From assembly GCA_000385055.1 (NCBI GenBank), contig ARRL01000002.1, positions 90,242-154,241 of the forward strand: a stretch of 64,000 bases of DNA, given 5' to 3'. This stretch comes from a gamma proteobacterium SCGC AAA168-P09 (lineage in GTDB: Bacteria; Pseudomonadota; Gammaproteobacteria; Magnimaribacterales; D2472). The notes beneath the pieces were generated by a model. It did not search any database and was not told the DNA's origin. It worked only from the letters and a program-made list of their open reading frames with translations. Position 1 is the stretch's first letter; every line of letters starts with the position of its first letter. This document shows, one piece after another, positions 39,289 through 47,817 of this stretch. A program made the translations under genes and the position numbers.

Positions 39289-39666
39289 TTATTTTTTCTT
39301 CCAAACGATTGCTAGCTGAAATACTAAAATAAATAGTGTAAAAGCCGTTTGAATAGATCCACCAGCAGCGGCAGGTGAGTCAACAATAGCCTTTAATCTT
39401 AGTCCAGAATCAGCACCCATTTCAACAAGCTGAGACGTGTAACTTGTTAATATACTTCCACCAATTTGATTTGTTGTATAAAAAAAGAATGCTACGAATA
39501 AACAAAAAATACTCGTAAATACTTTTGCTGACATATCAGCATCAGAGTTATAAACATTATTAGCCATTCTAAAACCAAGCCATGTCATCAAAGTCATTGC
39601 TACAAAAAACATTCCATTTTGAACAAATCCTAAATACATTAGATTAAGCACTTCATATTCAGTCAT
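39289..39666 (-). CDS. small integral membrane protein, unknown function (paralog of 10861..11289)
   Basis: 125 aa with about 3 TM and SD GGGAGA. Blocks TWLGFRMAN / AKVFTSIF match IWVAARFSS / AKVIVSVF of the 142-aa protein. Confidence 0.6.
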   Translation of the reverse strand: MTEYEVLNLMYLGFVQNGMFFVAMTLMTWLGFRMANNVYNSDADMSAKVFTSIFCLFVAFFFYTTNQIGGSILTSYTSQLVEMGADSGLRLKAIVDSPAAAGGSIQTAFTLFILVFQLAIVWKKK

Positions 39667-39765
39667 TTTTTTCTCCCTATTAAAATTAACTAAGATTAAT
39701 AATATTATATTTATGTTTAATTTTGTTACAAATATTTATATACATTATAGATATAATATCTTTAT

Positions 39766-40956
39766 TTAAAATCTACTTGGTCTAAACTCTTTGAGTAAAT
39801 TATTATAAATATTCTCAGTAATTTCATGTGCAACTATTTTTCCTACTATTGGCCCAAGACTTATACCACTATGCATTGATGCTACATATGTATCTTTTTT
39901 TGAATCAATAAATCCTACTATGGGTAAACCATCTAATGGAAGAGGCCTCCATCCGATCTCAACCGACTCAACTTCAACATCATCTATATTTTTTATAAAG
40001 GATTTTGCTTTATATAAAATTTTATTAATATGTTGCTTAGCTATTATTGATGATGGAAATTTTGATGGATAACCCTCTAATCTAATTTTATGATTTTCAG
40101 GGGCGCCATCCTGTTCTCCAATAACAAGCCTACCATCATTTTGTTGATGAATATGAATACCAGGCCCAACAATAATTTTATTAATTACTTTCATATATGG
40201 TTTTGTTTTTATTATTATTCCTGGAGTAGGTTCTTTTAAAACTTTTTTATTAATTAATAAATTTGTATTTATACCAGTTGCAAAAATTATTAGGTCTGTT
40301 TCAATTTCACCAAGAGAAGTGCTTATAGACGATAATTTACCGTTTCTATAAATAGAATTTTTATAAATACAATTATTTCTGATTTTACCTCCATTAAAAA
40401 TCGTTCTAGCTACCAAATTTTCAATTGTTTTAAGTGCATCTATCGCTCCATCTTCAACAGAATAAACAATATTATTATTGTTATTAAAATTTATATTAGG
40501 TTCGTATGAAGATGCTTTTAAGCTATCAATAATTTTGTATTTTGAATAAGTAGGGTAATTTGATAATTTATTTACATTATTTAATAATTTTTTATGTTTA
40601 TTAGGCTCAACAAACCATTCCAGCGAACCATTCCACTTGCTGGGAAAATCAATGTATCTATATAAATCATCAAATGCAGCTATTCCTAATTGTGATAAGT
40701 AATTATATGAATATGGTCTTTTAGGATATGTTGCATTAACCCAATTAAATGATTTGCCGCTCGTCCCGCTTCCTGGTAATGATTTATCTATAATTGTTAC
40801 ATTCTGACCTAATCTTGATAGTTCATGGGCTATACATGTCCCTACAATACCAGCTCCAACAACAGTTATTTTCTTTAAATTTTTTTTATTCGCAGATGCT
40901 AATGGTGAATATAAAGCAATTGTAGATAATAATTTAAGGAAATCCCTTCGTAACAT
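39766..40956 (-). CDS. Tat-exported FAD-dependent oxidoreductase (DAO/amino-acid dehydrogenase-oxidase family)
   Basis: 396 aa. Twin-arginine signal MLRRDFLKLL...ASA, then the dinucleotide fold VVGAGIVGTCIAHEL. Start shares one base with the ptrB stop (TAATG). Confidence 0.7.
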   Translation of the reverse strand: MLRRDFLKLLSTIALYSPLASANKKNLKKITVVGAGIVGTCIAHELSRLGQNVTIIDKSLPGSGTSGKSFNWVNATYPKRPYSYNYLSQLGIAAFDDLYRYIDFPSKWNGSLEWFVEPNKHKKLLNNVNKLSNYPTYSKYKIIDSLKASSYEPNINFNNNNNIVYSVEDGAIDALKTIENLVARTIFNGGKIRNNCIYKNSIYRNGKLSSISTSLGEIETDLIIFATGINTNLLINKKVLKEPTPGIIIKTKPYMKVINKIIVGPGIHIHQQNDGRLVIGEQDGAPENHKIRLEGYPSKFPSSIIAKQHINKILYKAKSFIKNIDDVEVESVEIGWRPLPLDGLPIVGFIDSKKDTYVASMHSGISLGPIVGKIVAHEITENIYNNLLKEFRPSRF

Positions 40957-43055
40957 TAATCAACTAAATTTATAATAAAGTTAAATTCTTCGGCTATTTC
41001 ATTAAATTGATTAATTTTTCCACTCAAACCACCATGACCTCCAATAAGATTCATTTTCATTAAAATTGGATTATCTGATTGGCTATATTCTCTAAGTTTT
41101 GGCGTATATTTAGCAGGTTCAAAATATTGTACCTGAGAGTCATATAAGCTTGATGTAATAAATACAGAAGGGTAGTTGGCTTTAAAAATATTGTCATAAG
41201 GTGAATATTGCTTTATGTAATTGTATTCATCGATATTAGCTGGATTTCCCCACTCGTCATATTCAAATGTGGTTAATGGTATGCTTGGATCAGACATTGT
41301 GGTAAGTACATCTACAAAGGGAACTCCAGATAATATACCTTTATAGAGATTTGGTTCTAAATTAATAATAGCTCCCATCAATAAGCCGCCAGCACTTCCA
41401 CCTCTTGCAAATACATTTTCTGGATTTCCTATAGCTTTATCTAAGACAGCGTGAACACCATCATTAAAATCATTGAATGTATTCATTTTATTAAACATTC
41501 GTCCATCATCATACCAATGCTTACCCATTTCACCGCCACCTCTAATATTAAGAATTACATATATAAACCCTCTATCTAATAATGGTATAAGAGACTGTCT
41601 AAACGATGCATCAGTATTAATTCCATATGATCCATATCCATAAAATAGAATAGGTGCAGAGGCAAGATTGGTATCGTTTTTATAAAAAATTATAGCTGGA
41701 ACATCTACTCCATCCCTAGCTTCATAAAAAAATCTTTCATCGCTATATTGTTTATCATCAAAATTTAATATTTCTTTTTGCCAAACTGTTGAGTAGGACA
41801 TGGATGAAAAATTAAAGAATTTGATGGAATCAGGTGTTGTTAAACTAGAGTAGTTAAAATAAAAACCATCATCTGAAGAGTTCACATTATTGGTGTTTAT
41901 ATCAACTGTATATGCATTATCCTCATGATTAACTCTATAAGTTCCTTTAGATGATAGATTATAGATACTAATTTCAGGTAAACCATTCTCTCTGATCTCA
42001 AGAATTAAGTTATTTTTTTTATAAAAAATATCGCTTATAAAAATATTAATATCGTGATCAATAACCACATCCATAGCGATAATAGATAAATCACCAAGCG
42101 TATTAGTTTTTAAAACTTTAAAATTGGGTGCATTATGGTTAGATAGAATGTAAAAACTCTTATCATTTATATGCTCCAAGTAATATAAATGATTTTCAAG
42201 CCTTTCTAAAAAAAGTTCAGGTTTAATTAAAGGGTTATCTAAATCAATTAAACGAATTTCATTTTGATTAGTTGCTGCAATATTTATATAAGCATATTTT
42301 TTTGATTTAGATAAACTAATATTAATATCATATTCGGTATCATCTTCTTTATATAACAAAACATCATCAGAGGAGGGCGAACCAATTTTATGGGCATATA
42401 CTGAATTATTAATGAGGGTAATAGGATCTTTTTTGGAGTAAATAACATACTTATTATCAATGGACCAAATAATGTCTCTAGAAGTTTTCTTAAGTTCACT
42501 ATCAATAATTTTTAGTGTAATAGCATCGATAATCTTAATATCATATTCACGTCTACCATTATTATCCTCTAAATATGCAATAAGTGAATTATCTCCTGAT
42601 GGTCTAATTGTATTAACAGAATAGTATTCCTGCGTTTTTAACTTAATATTTGGGTTTAAATAAAGTGTTTCTTTGCTGTTAGAAGACTCTTTTTTATAAA
42701 ATTTAGGTAATTGATCTCCTTTATTTAGTTTTTCATAATATAGATAACCATTGTTATATAAAGGAAAAGACACTTCTTCTTCAGGAAGTTGTTCTATAAG
42801 TTCATTAACAATTTCAGTTTTATAGTTATGTTTAGAACTAAACCATTTATCCGCATATTTATTTTCAGATAGTAGGTAGGTCAAAATCTCTTCGTTTGAT
42901 CTTGTATCATCTCTTAACCAATAGTAATTATCAATTCTAATATCATTATGATTTATTATTTCATAAGGAATTTTTTTTGGAGTAGGTATGTCCATATCAT
43001 CAGTACCACAGGATGTTATTAATAGGAGTGTGAATAAAAACTTAAATATATTCAT
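40956..43055 (-). CDS. ptrB: oligopeptidase B / protease II (S9 prolyl-oligopeptidase family) lipoprotein
   Basis: 699 aa. Lipobox ITSC, an N-terminal beta-propeller region, the catalytic GGSAGGLLMG serine motif, and a C-terminal D...GGHGG. Confidence 0.8.
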   Translation of the reverse strand: MNIFKFLFTLLLITSCGTDDMDIPTPKKIPYEIINHNDIRIDNYYWLRDDTRSNEEILTYLLSENKYADKWFSSKHNYKTEIVNELIEQLPEEEVSFPLYNNGYLYYEKLNKGDQLPKFYKKESSNSKETLYLNPNIKLKTQEYYSVNTIRPSGDNSLIAYLEDNNGRREYDIKIIDAITLKIIDSELKKTSRDIIWSIDNKYVIYSKKDPITLINNSVYAHKIGSPSSDDVLLYKEDDTEYDINISLSKSKKYAYINIAATNQNEIRLIDLDNPLIKPELFLERLENHLYYLEHINDKSFYILSNHNAPNFKVLKTNTLGDLSIIAMDVVIDHDINIFISDIFYKKNNLILEIRENGLPEISIYNLSSKGTYRVNHEDNAYTVDINTNNVNSSDDGFYFNYSSLTTPDSIKFFNFSSMSYSTVWQKEILNFDDKQYSDERFFYEARDGVDVPAIIFYKNDTNLASAPILFYGYGSYGINTDASFRQSLIPLLDRGFIYVILNIRGGGEMGKHWYDDGRMFNKMNTFNDFNDGVHAVLDKAIGNPENVFARGGSAGGLLMGAIINLEPNLYKGILSGVPFVDVLTTMSDPSIPLTTFEYDEWGNPANIDEYNYIKQYSPYDNIFKANYPSVFITSSLYDSQVQYFEPAKYTPKLREYSQSDNPILMKMNLIGGHGGLSGKINQFNEIAEEFNFIINLVD

Positions 43056-43185
43056 AACAGTTAATATAAGTTACTTTATATAAATAGTGTAATTAATTTA
43101 CCTTAAAAAGAAGGGTTTTTTCTGTATATGAATACATAGCTTCGCATAATATATATTATGTTAAATTATAGGGATTAGAATATAG

Positions 43186-44040
43186 CTATAAAGATACTAA
43201 AAAGTCTTTAATGTGCCTTGTAATATCCTCTGGAGAGTCTTCTTGGATGAAATGGTTACCTTCTACGGTTACTTCTTTAATATTAGTCCAACTCCTAACT
43301 TCATCTCTTTGCGTTCCAACTAACAAGAACCCTGGCTCAGCATTAATAAATAACTTGGGAATACTTGATGTGCTATGAAAATTTGCATTCATTGTAATCT
43401 CGTTATGGGTATCTAACGGATCTTCGTTAAAAGGTATATTTCTTGGAAAAGTTAAGGTTGGTCGTCTATCTTCTCCTGAGTTAATAAACGGTCTTAAATA
43501 TTCGTTTCTTGTTTCATCTGACATAGGCTTAATAGGATCATTTAATAAGATTCTTTCTACAAAGAAATTTTTGTCTAAAATTAGTTCTTCTCCAGCATCT
43601 GATCTAAATAACTTAAATATTTTTTTACCAGCTTCAGGCCATTGATCCCAAGTTAATGGAACCGTAACTCCTTCCATAAAAGTTATTGAAGAAATACTAT
43701 CTGAGTTTAATCTTGCATACTTTAATCCAAGGCCACAGCCCCAATCATGGATCACTAAGTGGATTCGCGGACCAAGATCAAGTTTATTTAATAACTCATC
43801 CAAATAATCATACTGACCATTAAAGCTATAACCTGGGTTATCTATACCATCAAGCTTCTCAGAGTCTCCCATGCCAATAAGATCTGGAACAATTACCCTA
43901 TAAGATTGATTGAAATTTGGGGCTATATTTCTCCATAAATATGACGAAGTAGGATTTCCGTGGATAAATACAATTGCATCACCCTCACCCTCATCTATGT
44001 AGGCTAAATTCTTACCTTTAACTTTGAGAAAATTTTTCAA
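43186..44040 (-). CDS. haloalkane dehalogenase family (HLD-II / Renilla-luciferase-like) alpha/beta hydrolase
   Basis: 284 aa. HGNPTSSYLWRNI (halide-stabilising Asn), VIHDWGCGLG (Asp nucleophile and Trp), FMEG (acid Glu) and GNHFIQED (His). Confidence 0.8.
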   Translation of the reverse strand: MKNFLKVKGKNLAYIDEGEGDAIVFIHGNPTSSYLWRNIAPNFNQSYRVIVPDLIGMGDSEKLDGIDNPGYSFNGQYDYLDELLNKLDLGPRIHLVIHDWGCGLGLKYARLNSDSISSITFMEGVTVPLTWDQWPEAGKKIFKLFRSDAGEELILDKNFFVERILLNDPIKPMSDETRNEYLRPFINSGEDRRPTLTFPRNIPFNEDPLDTHNEITMNANFHSTSSIPKLFINAEPGFLLVGTQRDEVRSWTNIKEVTVEGNHFIQEDSPEDITRHIKDFLVSL

Positions 44041-44041
44041 A

Positions 44042-44356
44042 TTACTTTCTTGGAGGCATTCCTTTTACGCGTTGCAGCGTAAAATCGGTTGCAGCTCTTC
44101 TATGCTTGCTTAACTCTTGGTAACCCTCATCAGCCCACCAATTATCAGCATCTTCTTCAGATGGGAACGAAAAGATAATAGCTCTTCCTGGAATTGGTTC
44201 TATGCCCTCTAAAACTACTCGATTATCATCATAGGTAATAAATGATCCGTTATGCTTTTTCAAATAAGAAAAGAAACCTTTTTCATATATTCGGTATTCA
44301 TCTGGATCATTGATAGTTAAATTAACCACTATGTATACGGTTATGTCAGCTGACAT
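44042..44356 (-). CDS. DUF1330 domain protein
   Basis: 104 aa. Resembles the DUF1330 dimeric alpha-beta barrel family (IVVNLTINDPDEY..Y, FPS.E.A..WW....YQ). Packed between the two hydrolase genes. Confidence 0.6.
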   Translation of the reverse strand: MSADITVYIVVNLTINDPDEYRIYEKGFFSYLKKHNGSFITYDDNRVVLEGIEPIPGRAIIFSFPSEEDADNWWADEGYQELSKHRRAATDFTLQRVKGMPPRK

Positions 44357-45221
44357 TATTTTCTCCTTTTAATTTTAAGTTATTGTTCTCTAGATTAATA
44401 AAATTGTAAACAGCTGCAGCGCATGATTCAGGATTTTCGATAACGTTAAAATGTGCAGATTCTGGTATTAGGCAAAATCTACTAAATTTTGATCCAACTT
44501 TTGTTTGTATCATTTTGTAAGTATTTTTATCAGTAATGAATTGGCTTTGGCAAACAATTCCTGAGGATTGATGAATAGCACCTGGATAAATATCCTCTAT
44601 CTCATTTTTATATAAATTATATTTACCAAAATATGGTTGATCTGAAATGAGCACTCCATTTGGAGCTTCCTTAAATTCATCTTCACCTTGAAATTGCATG
44701 ATAGGTATATTTATATCTTTGAATTTATTTCTATTCTCAACCTCAAAGATCAAGCTACCTTGCATCAAAGATTGTTTAAACTTATTGAAGTAGCTTTTAT
44801 AAGCAACTTGAGATGTAAGTTTTAAATGGGTATATCTATCAAATAAATGAGTCCCCTTCTTAGCTTTTTTAGCCTTATTTAAAAAACCTTGTGAAAGAAG
44901 TTGTATGGGTTTATTTAAAAAGATAACTGCAAATAGAAGAAGTCTTATTTGATGATATGAAGACATGAGACTGTGAGGAGGACCTACAAGTACTTTTGGT
45001 GCTAGTTTTTTCCATTGTGGCTCATAATGATTCCAAACTTGCGAACCTCTTGAGTAAGATAAAGCTTTATCTGGGCTGATTATACAAAGATTTTCAAGTA
45101 TCACCGCCCCCCTGTCATGCCCTATTAAATGAGCTGAATCTATACCCATTTCATCCATCAATAATTTTATAGTTTTAGATTGATTAACATGGCTATATTT
45201 CGGATCTATTTTTAATTTATA
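44346..45221 (-). pseudogene. 5-prime-truncated Asp-nucleophile alpha/beta hydrolase (epoxide hydrolase / haloacid dehalogenase-like)
   Basis: The ORF starts at TTG 45161 / ATG 45158, only 15 residues before the nucleophile motif GHDRG. The HGxP oxyanion-loop region (~60-90 aa) is absent. Similarity to the family (..DPKYS.......KLLMDEMGI) continues in frame upstream of the start, up to a TAA at 45222-45224. Confidence 0.45.
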
Positions 45222-45281
45222 TTAATAATTATATAGCTATATGAACGCCCTATTAGTAAAAATATAGTTTAAAATGTGTAC

Positions 45282-45500
45282 ATGTCAAAAGAAGATGCAT
45301 TAGAGTTTGAGGGTGAAGTTATTGAAACTTTACCTAATACCAAATTTAAAGTAAAACTAGAAAACGATCACGTTATTACTGCACACATTTCAGGAAAAAT
45401 GCGCAAGCATTACATTCGTATATTAACTGGTGATAAAGTTAAAGTAGAAATGACTCCTTACGATTTAACTGTAGGAAGAATCACTTTCAGAGGCAGATAA
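45282..45500 (+). CDS. infA: translation initiation factor IF-1
   Basis: 72 aa counting from ATG 45282 (the track starts at GTG 45276). [25 protein letters not shown]...[27 protein letters not shown] is the IF-1 consensus. Confidence 0.95.
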   Translation: MSKEDALEFEGEVIETLPNTKFKVKLENDHVITAHISGKMRKHYIRILTGDKVKVEMTPYDLTVGRITFRGR

Positions 45501-45506
45501 ACCTCT

Positions 45507-46460
45507 TCAACTAGAGATTTTTTCGTCTCTAAAATGTAAAAAGAAAAAGTAAGTAGCAAGAGCTGATAGTAAATGCCATATCGAATGTGCTTGAATTATT
45601 GAATCTGGTTTACATAAGTTGTGATCTGGAACTCCAGTAAGCCAAATTGCAAAAGCAGAAAAATATGCAATCATTCCAAGAAAATACCATTTGTAAGTTC
45701 TTCTATTAACAGGTTTTTTTGAAGCTAACAAGCCAGGTAACCAAAATAAGATAACCCACCAATATTCAGAAAAATTATTAAAAACTTCATTTGGTAAAGT
45801 TCCAAATAACAATAAAACAATAAACCCAACAAAGCCTGATAAAAATCTAAATGATGGAGACCAAAATCTATAAAGTGTTTCTGAAATAGCCCACAAGCCT
45901 ATAGACACTCCAAAAAGATTAAAATTAATTCCTAAGCCCCAGTCTGTAAACCATCTCCAAATCGAATATATTATTACTATAGATATATAGATTGATAATA
46001 ATTGTTTAGATGTCCAGCTAGACATACTGTAAATGTTATAGAGCCATGGAAGTATTATGAACATAATCATACTTAAATTATCAGCCCAACCACCCCATTC
46101 AGTATTTGTACCATGCATAAGCATGGAGCCTGGACCAAGATAAACTACAACAGATGCATACAGCACAGAAATCGGTGTAATTCCTATAAACGGATTGATA
46201 GAGTCCTGTTTGTCATTACAGATCACCCAAAACATATAGAGCCCAGCTACCATAAATCCTAGATTGCTAAGAGTATTAAGTGGTTCTCTAAAAAGACCTC
46301 CGGATACCCTCTCACACCACCTAGAAGCTTCTCCAATGAGATTAGCAGCCTCGGTAGACTGAATAAGACCAAAAGCACTTAATAAGAAAAAAATTAATAA
46401 AAAAGATACAGATACTAATAAGGCTAGATAAAAAACATAAAACTTATTAGTTGAGATCAA
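45507..46460 (-). CDS. polytopic membrane hydrolase of the alkaline ceramidase / CREST type
   Basis: 317 aa and multi-TM. NTLSNLGF near the N-terminus, S-x3-H (SMLMH) followed 11 residues later by Asp (WADN), and a C-terminal H-x3-H (HSIWH). This is the metal-site pattern I recall for alkaline ceramidases. Confidence 0.45.
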   Translation of the reverse strand: MISTNKFYVFYLALLVSVSFLLIFFLLSAFGLIQSTEAANLIGEASRWCERVSGGLFREPLNTLSNLGFMVAGLYMFWVICNDKQDSINPFIGITPISVLYASVVVYLGPGSMLMHGTNTEWGGWADNLSMIMFIILPWLYNIYSMSSWTSKQLLSIYISIVIIYSIWRWFTDWGLGINFNLFGVSIGLWAISETLYRFWSPSFRFLSGFVGFIVLLLFGTLPNEVFNNFSEYWWVILFWLPGLLASKKPVNRRTYKWYFLGMIAYFSAFAIWLTGVPDHNLCKPDSIIQAHSIWHLLSALATYFFFLHFRDEKISS

Positions 46461-47718
46461 TTACTTTACCTTCTTTCATTATAAATACTACATTCTCCAT
46501 GGTATTTATATCATCTATTGGATTGCCATCAATAGCAATAATATCAGCCATTTTACCAACCTCAATAGAGCCTAAAATAGAATCAATTTTTAGGAGTCTT
46601 GCTGTGTTTATGGTAGCTGATTGAATTGTTTCTATTGGAGACATACCAAACTTAACCATATATACGAACTCTTTCCAGTTAGTACCATGAGGCTGAACAC
46701 CAGCATCGGTACCAAATGCAATTTTTACACCTTTTTTGAATGCCTTGTTGAAAGTCTTTCCAATTTGAGGGCCAACATTAGCTGCTTTTGGTCTGACAAT
46801 TTCTGGAAAATAATTGTCAATTTTAGCTTTTTCTGCAACAAACTCACCTGCAGATATAGTTGGTACATAGTAAGTGCCATTACTAATCATTAAATCCATA
46901 ACTTCTTCAGTCATAAATGTTCCATGCTCAACTGAATCAACACCAGCAATAACCGCTCTTTTCATCCCTTCTGATCCATGAGCATGCACAGCAACCCACA
47001 TGCCATAGTCTTTTGCTGCATTTACAACAGCAATGACTTCCTCTTCTGTGAATTGAGGGTTATCTCCAGACTTAGCAACACTTAAAACTCCTCCTGTAAC
47101 AGTAAGTTTTATTCCATCAGCTCCATCTTTATAACGTTGCCTTACAGCAGTATATGCGTCATAAGGACCATTTATCACTCCATCTTCGGCTAAAGGGTAA
47201 TCATAAGAGTCAGAATTTTTTCCATTTGTGGGATCAGCATGACCTCCTGTAGTAGCAATACTTTTTCCCGATGTATAAATTCGGGGACCTTGAATCTGAG
47301 AACTATTAATTAAATCTCTTAGAGAAATTGCTATTAAACCAGTATCGCCAACTTGTCGAACAGTAGTAAAACCAGCCTTTAGAGTTTTAAGAGCATGTTT
47401 ACTTGCTAAAATTGCACTTGTCTCGCGCTCAACTTTAACAGGTCGTTCAGATTTAGACTGATACTCTTGACCAAAATGTACATGCATATCCATTAACCCA
47501 GGCATTAATGTTTTACCTCTTAGATCAAGCAGAACATCATCTTTTTCAATATCTATAAAACCTTTATCTATTGATGTAATTATTTTGTTATTAACTGTAA
47601 TAGAATAGTTTTTTTTGATGGTTCCAGAATTCACATCTATAAAGCCACTTGTATAGATAACTGTTTCCGAAAATAAAGATAATGATATTGAAAAGAGGAT
47701 TGTATATATAAATTTCAT
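46447..47718 (-). CDS. secreted metal-dependent amidohydrolase (COG1228-type)
   Basis: 423 aa with a signal peptide. MPGLMDMHVHF (HxH), plus later VAVHAHG, VEHG and FGTDAG motifs of the amidohydrolase superfamily. Confidence 0.75.
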   Translation of the reverse strand: MKFIYTILFSISLSLFSETVIYTSGFIDVNSGTIKKNYSITVNNKIITSIDKGFIDIEKDDVLLDLRGKTLMPGLMDMHVHFGQEYQSKSERPVKVERETSAILASKHALKTLKAGFTTVRQVGDTGLIAISLRDLINSSQIQGPRIYTSGKSIATTGGHADPTNGKNSDSYDYPLAEDGVINGPYDAYTAVRQRYKDGADGIKLTVTGGVLSVAKSGDNPQFTEEEVIAVVNAAKDYGMWVAVHAHGSEGMKRAVIAGVDSVEHGTFMTEEVMDLMISNGTYYVPTISAGEFVAEKAKIDNYFPEIVRPKAANVGPQIGKTFNKAFKKGVKIAFGTDAGVQPHGTNWKEFVYMVKFGMSPIETIQSATINTARLLKIDSILGSIEVGKMADIIAIDGNPIDDINTMENVVFIMKEGKVIDLN

Positions 47719-47740
47719 ATATTTTATTCTACATGTCTAT

Positions 47741-47772
47741 ATAAAAAAAAATAGGGCTATAAAGCCCTATTA
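47741..47772 (-). terminator. rho-independent terminator downstream of etfA
   Basis: Stem atagggc(t) / (a)gccctat with a short AT loop. On the minus strand it is followed by an 8-T run (A-run 47743-47750 on plus). Confidence 0.7.
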
Positions 47773-47817
47773 ATTAAAATATAAAAATATTTAACTCGAT
47801 TGCTTGATTTATAAAGT

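Noticed and set aside
45501-45545. A short hairpin (agaga-N8-tctct) after infA, considered as a possible terminator.
   Set aside because: The stem is only 5 bp with a large loop, and it lies inside the 3-prime end of the convergent ceramidase-like gene. That is too weak to call.
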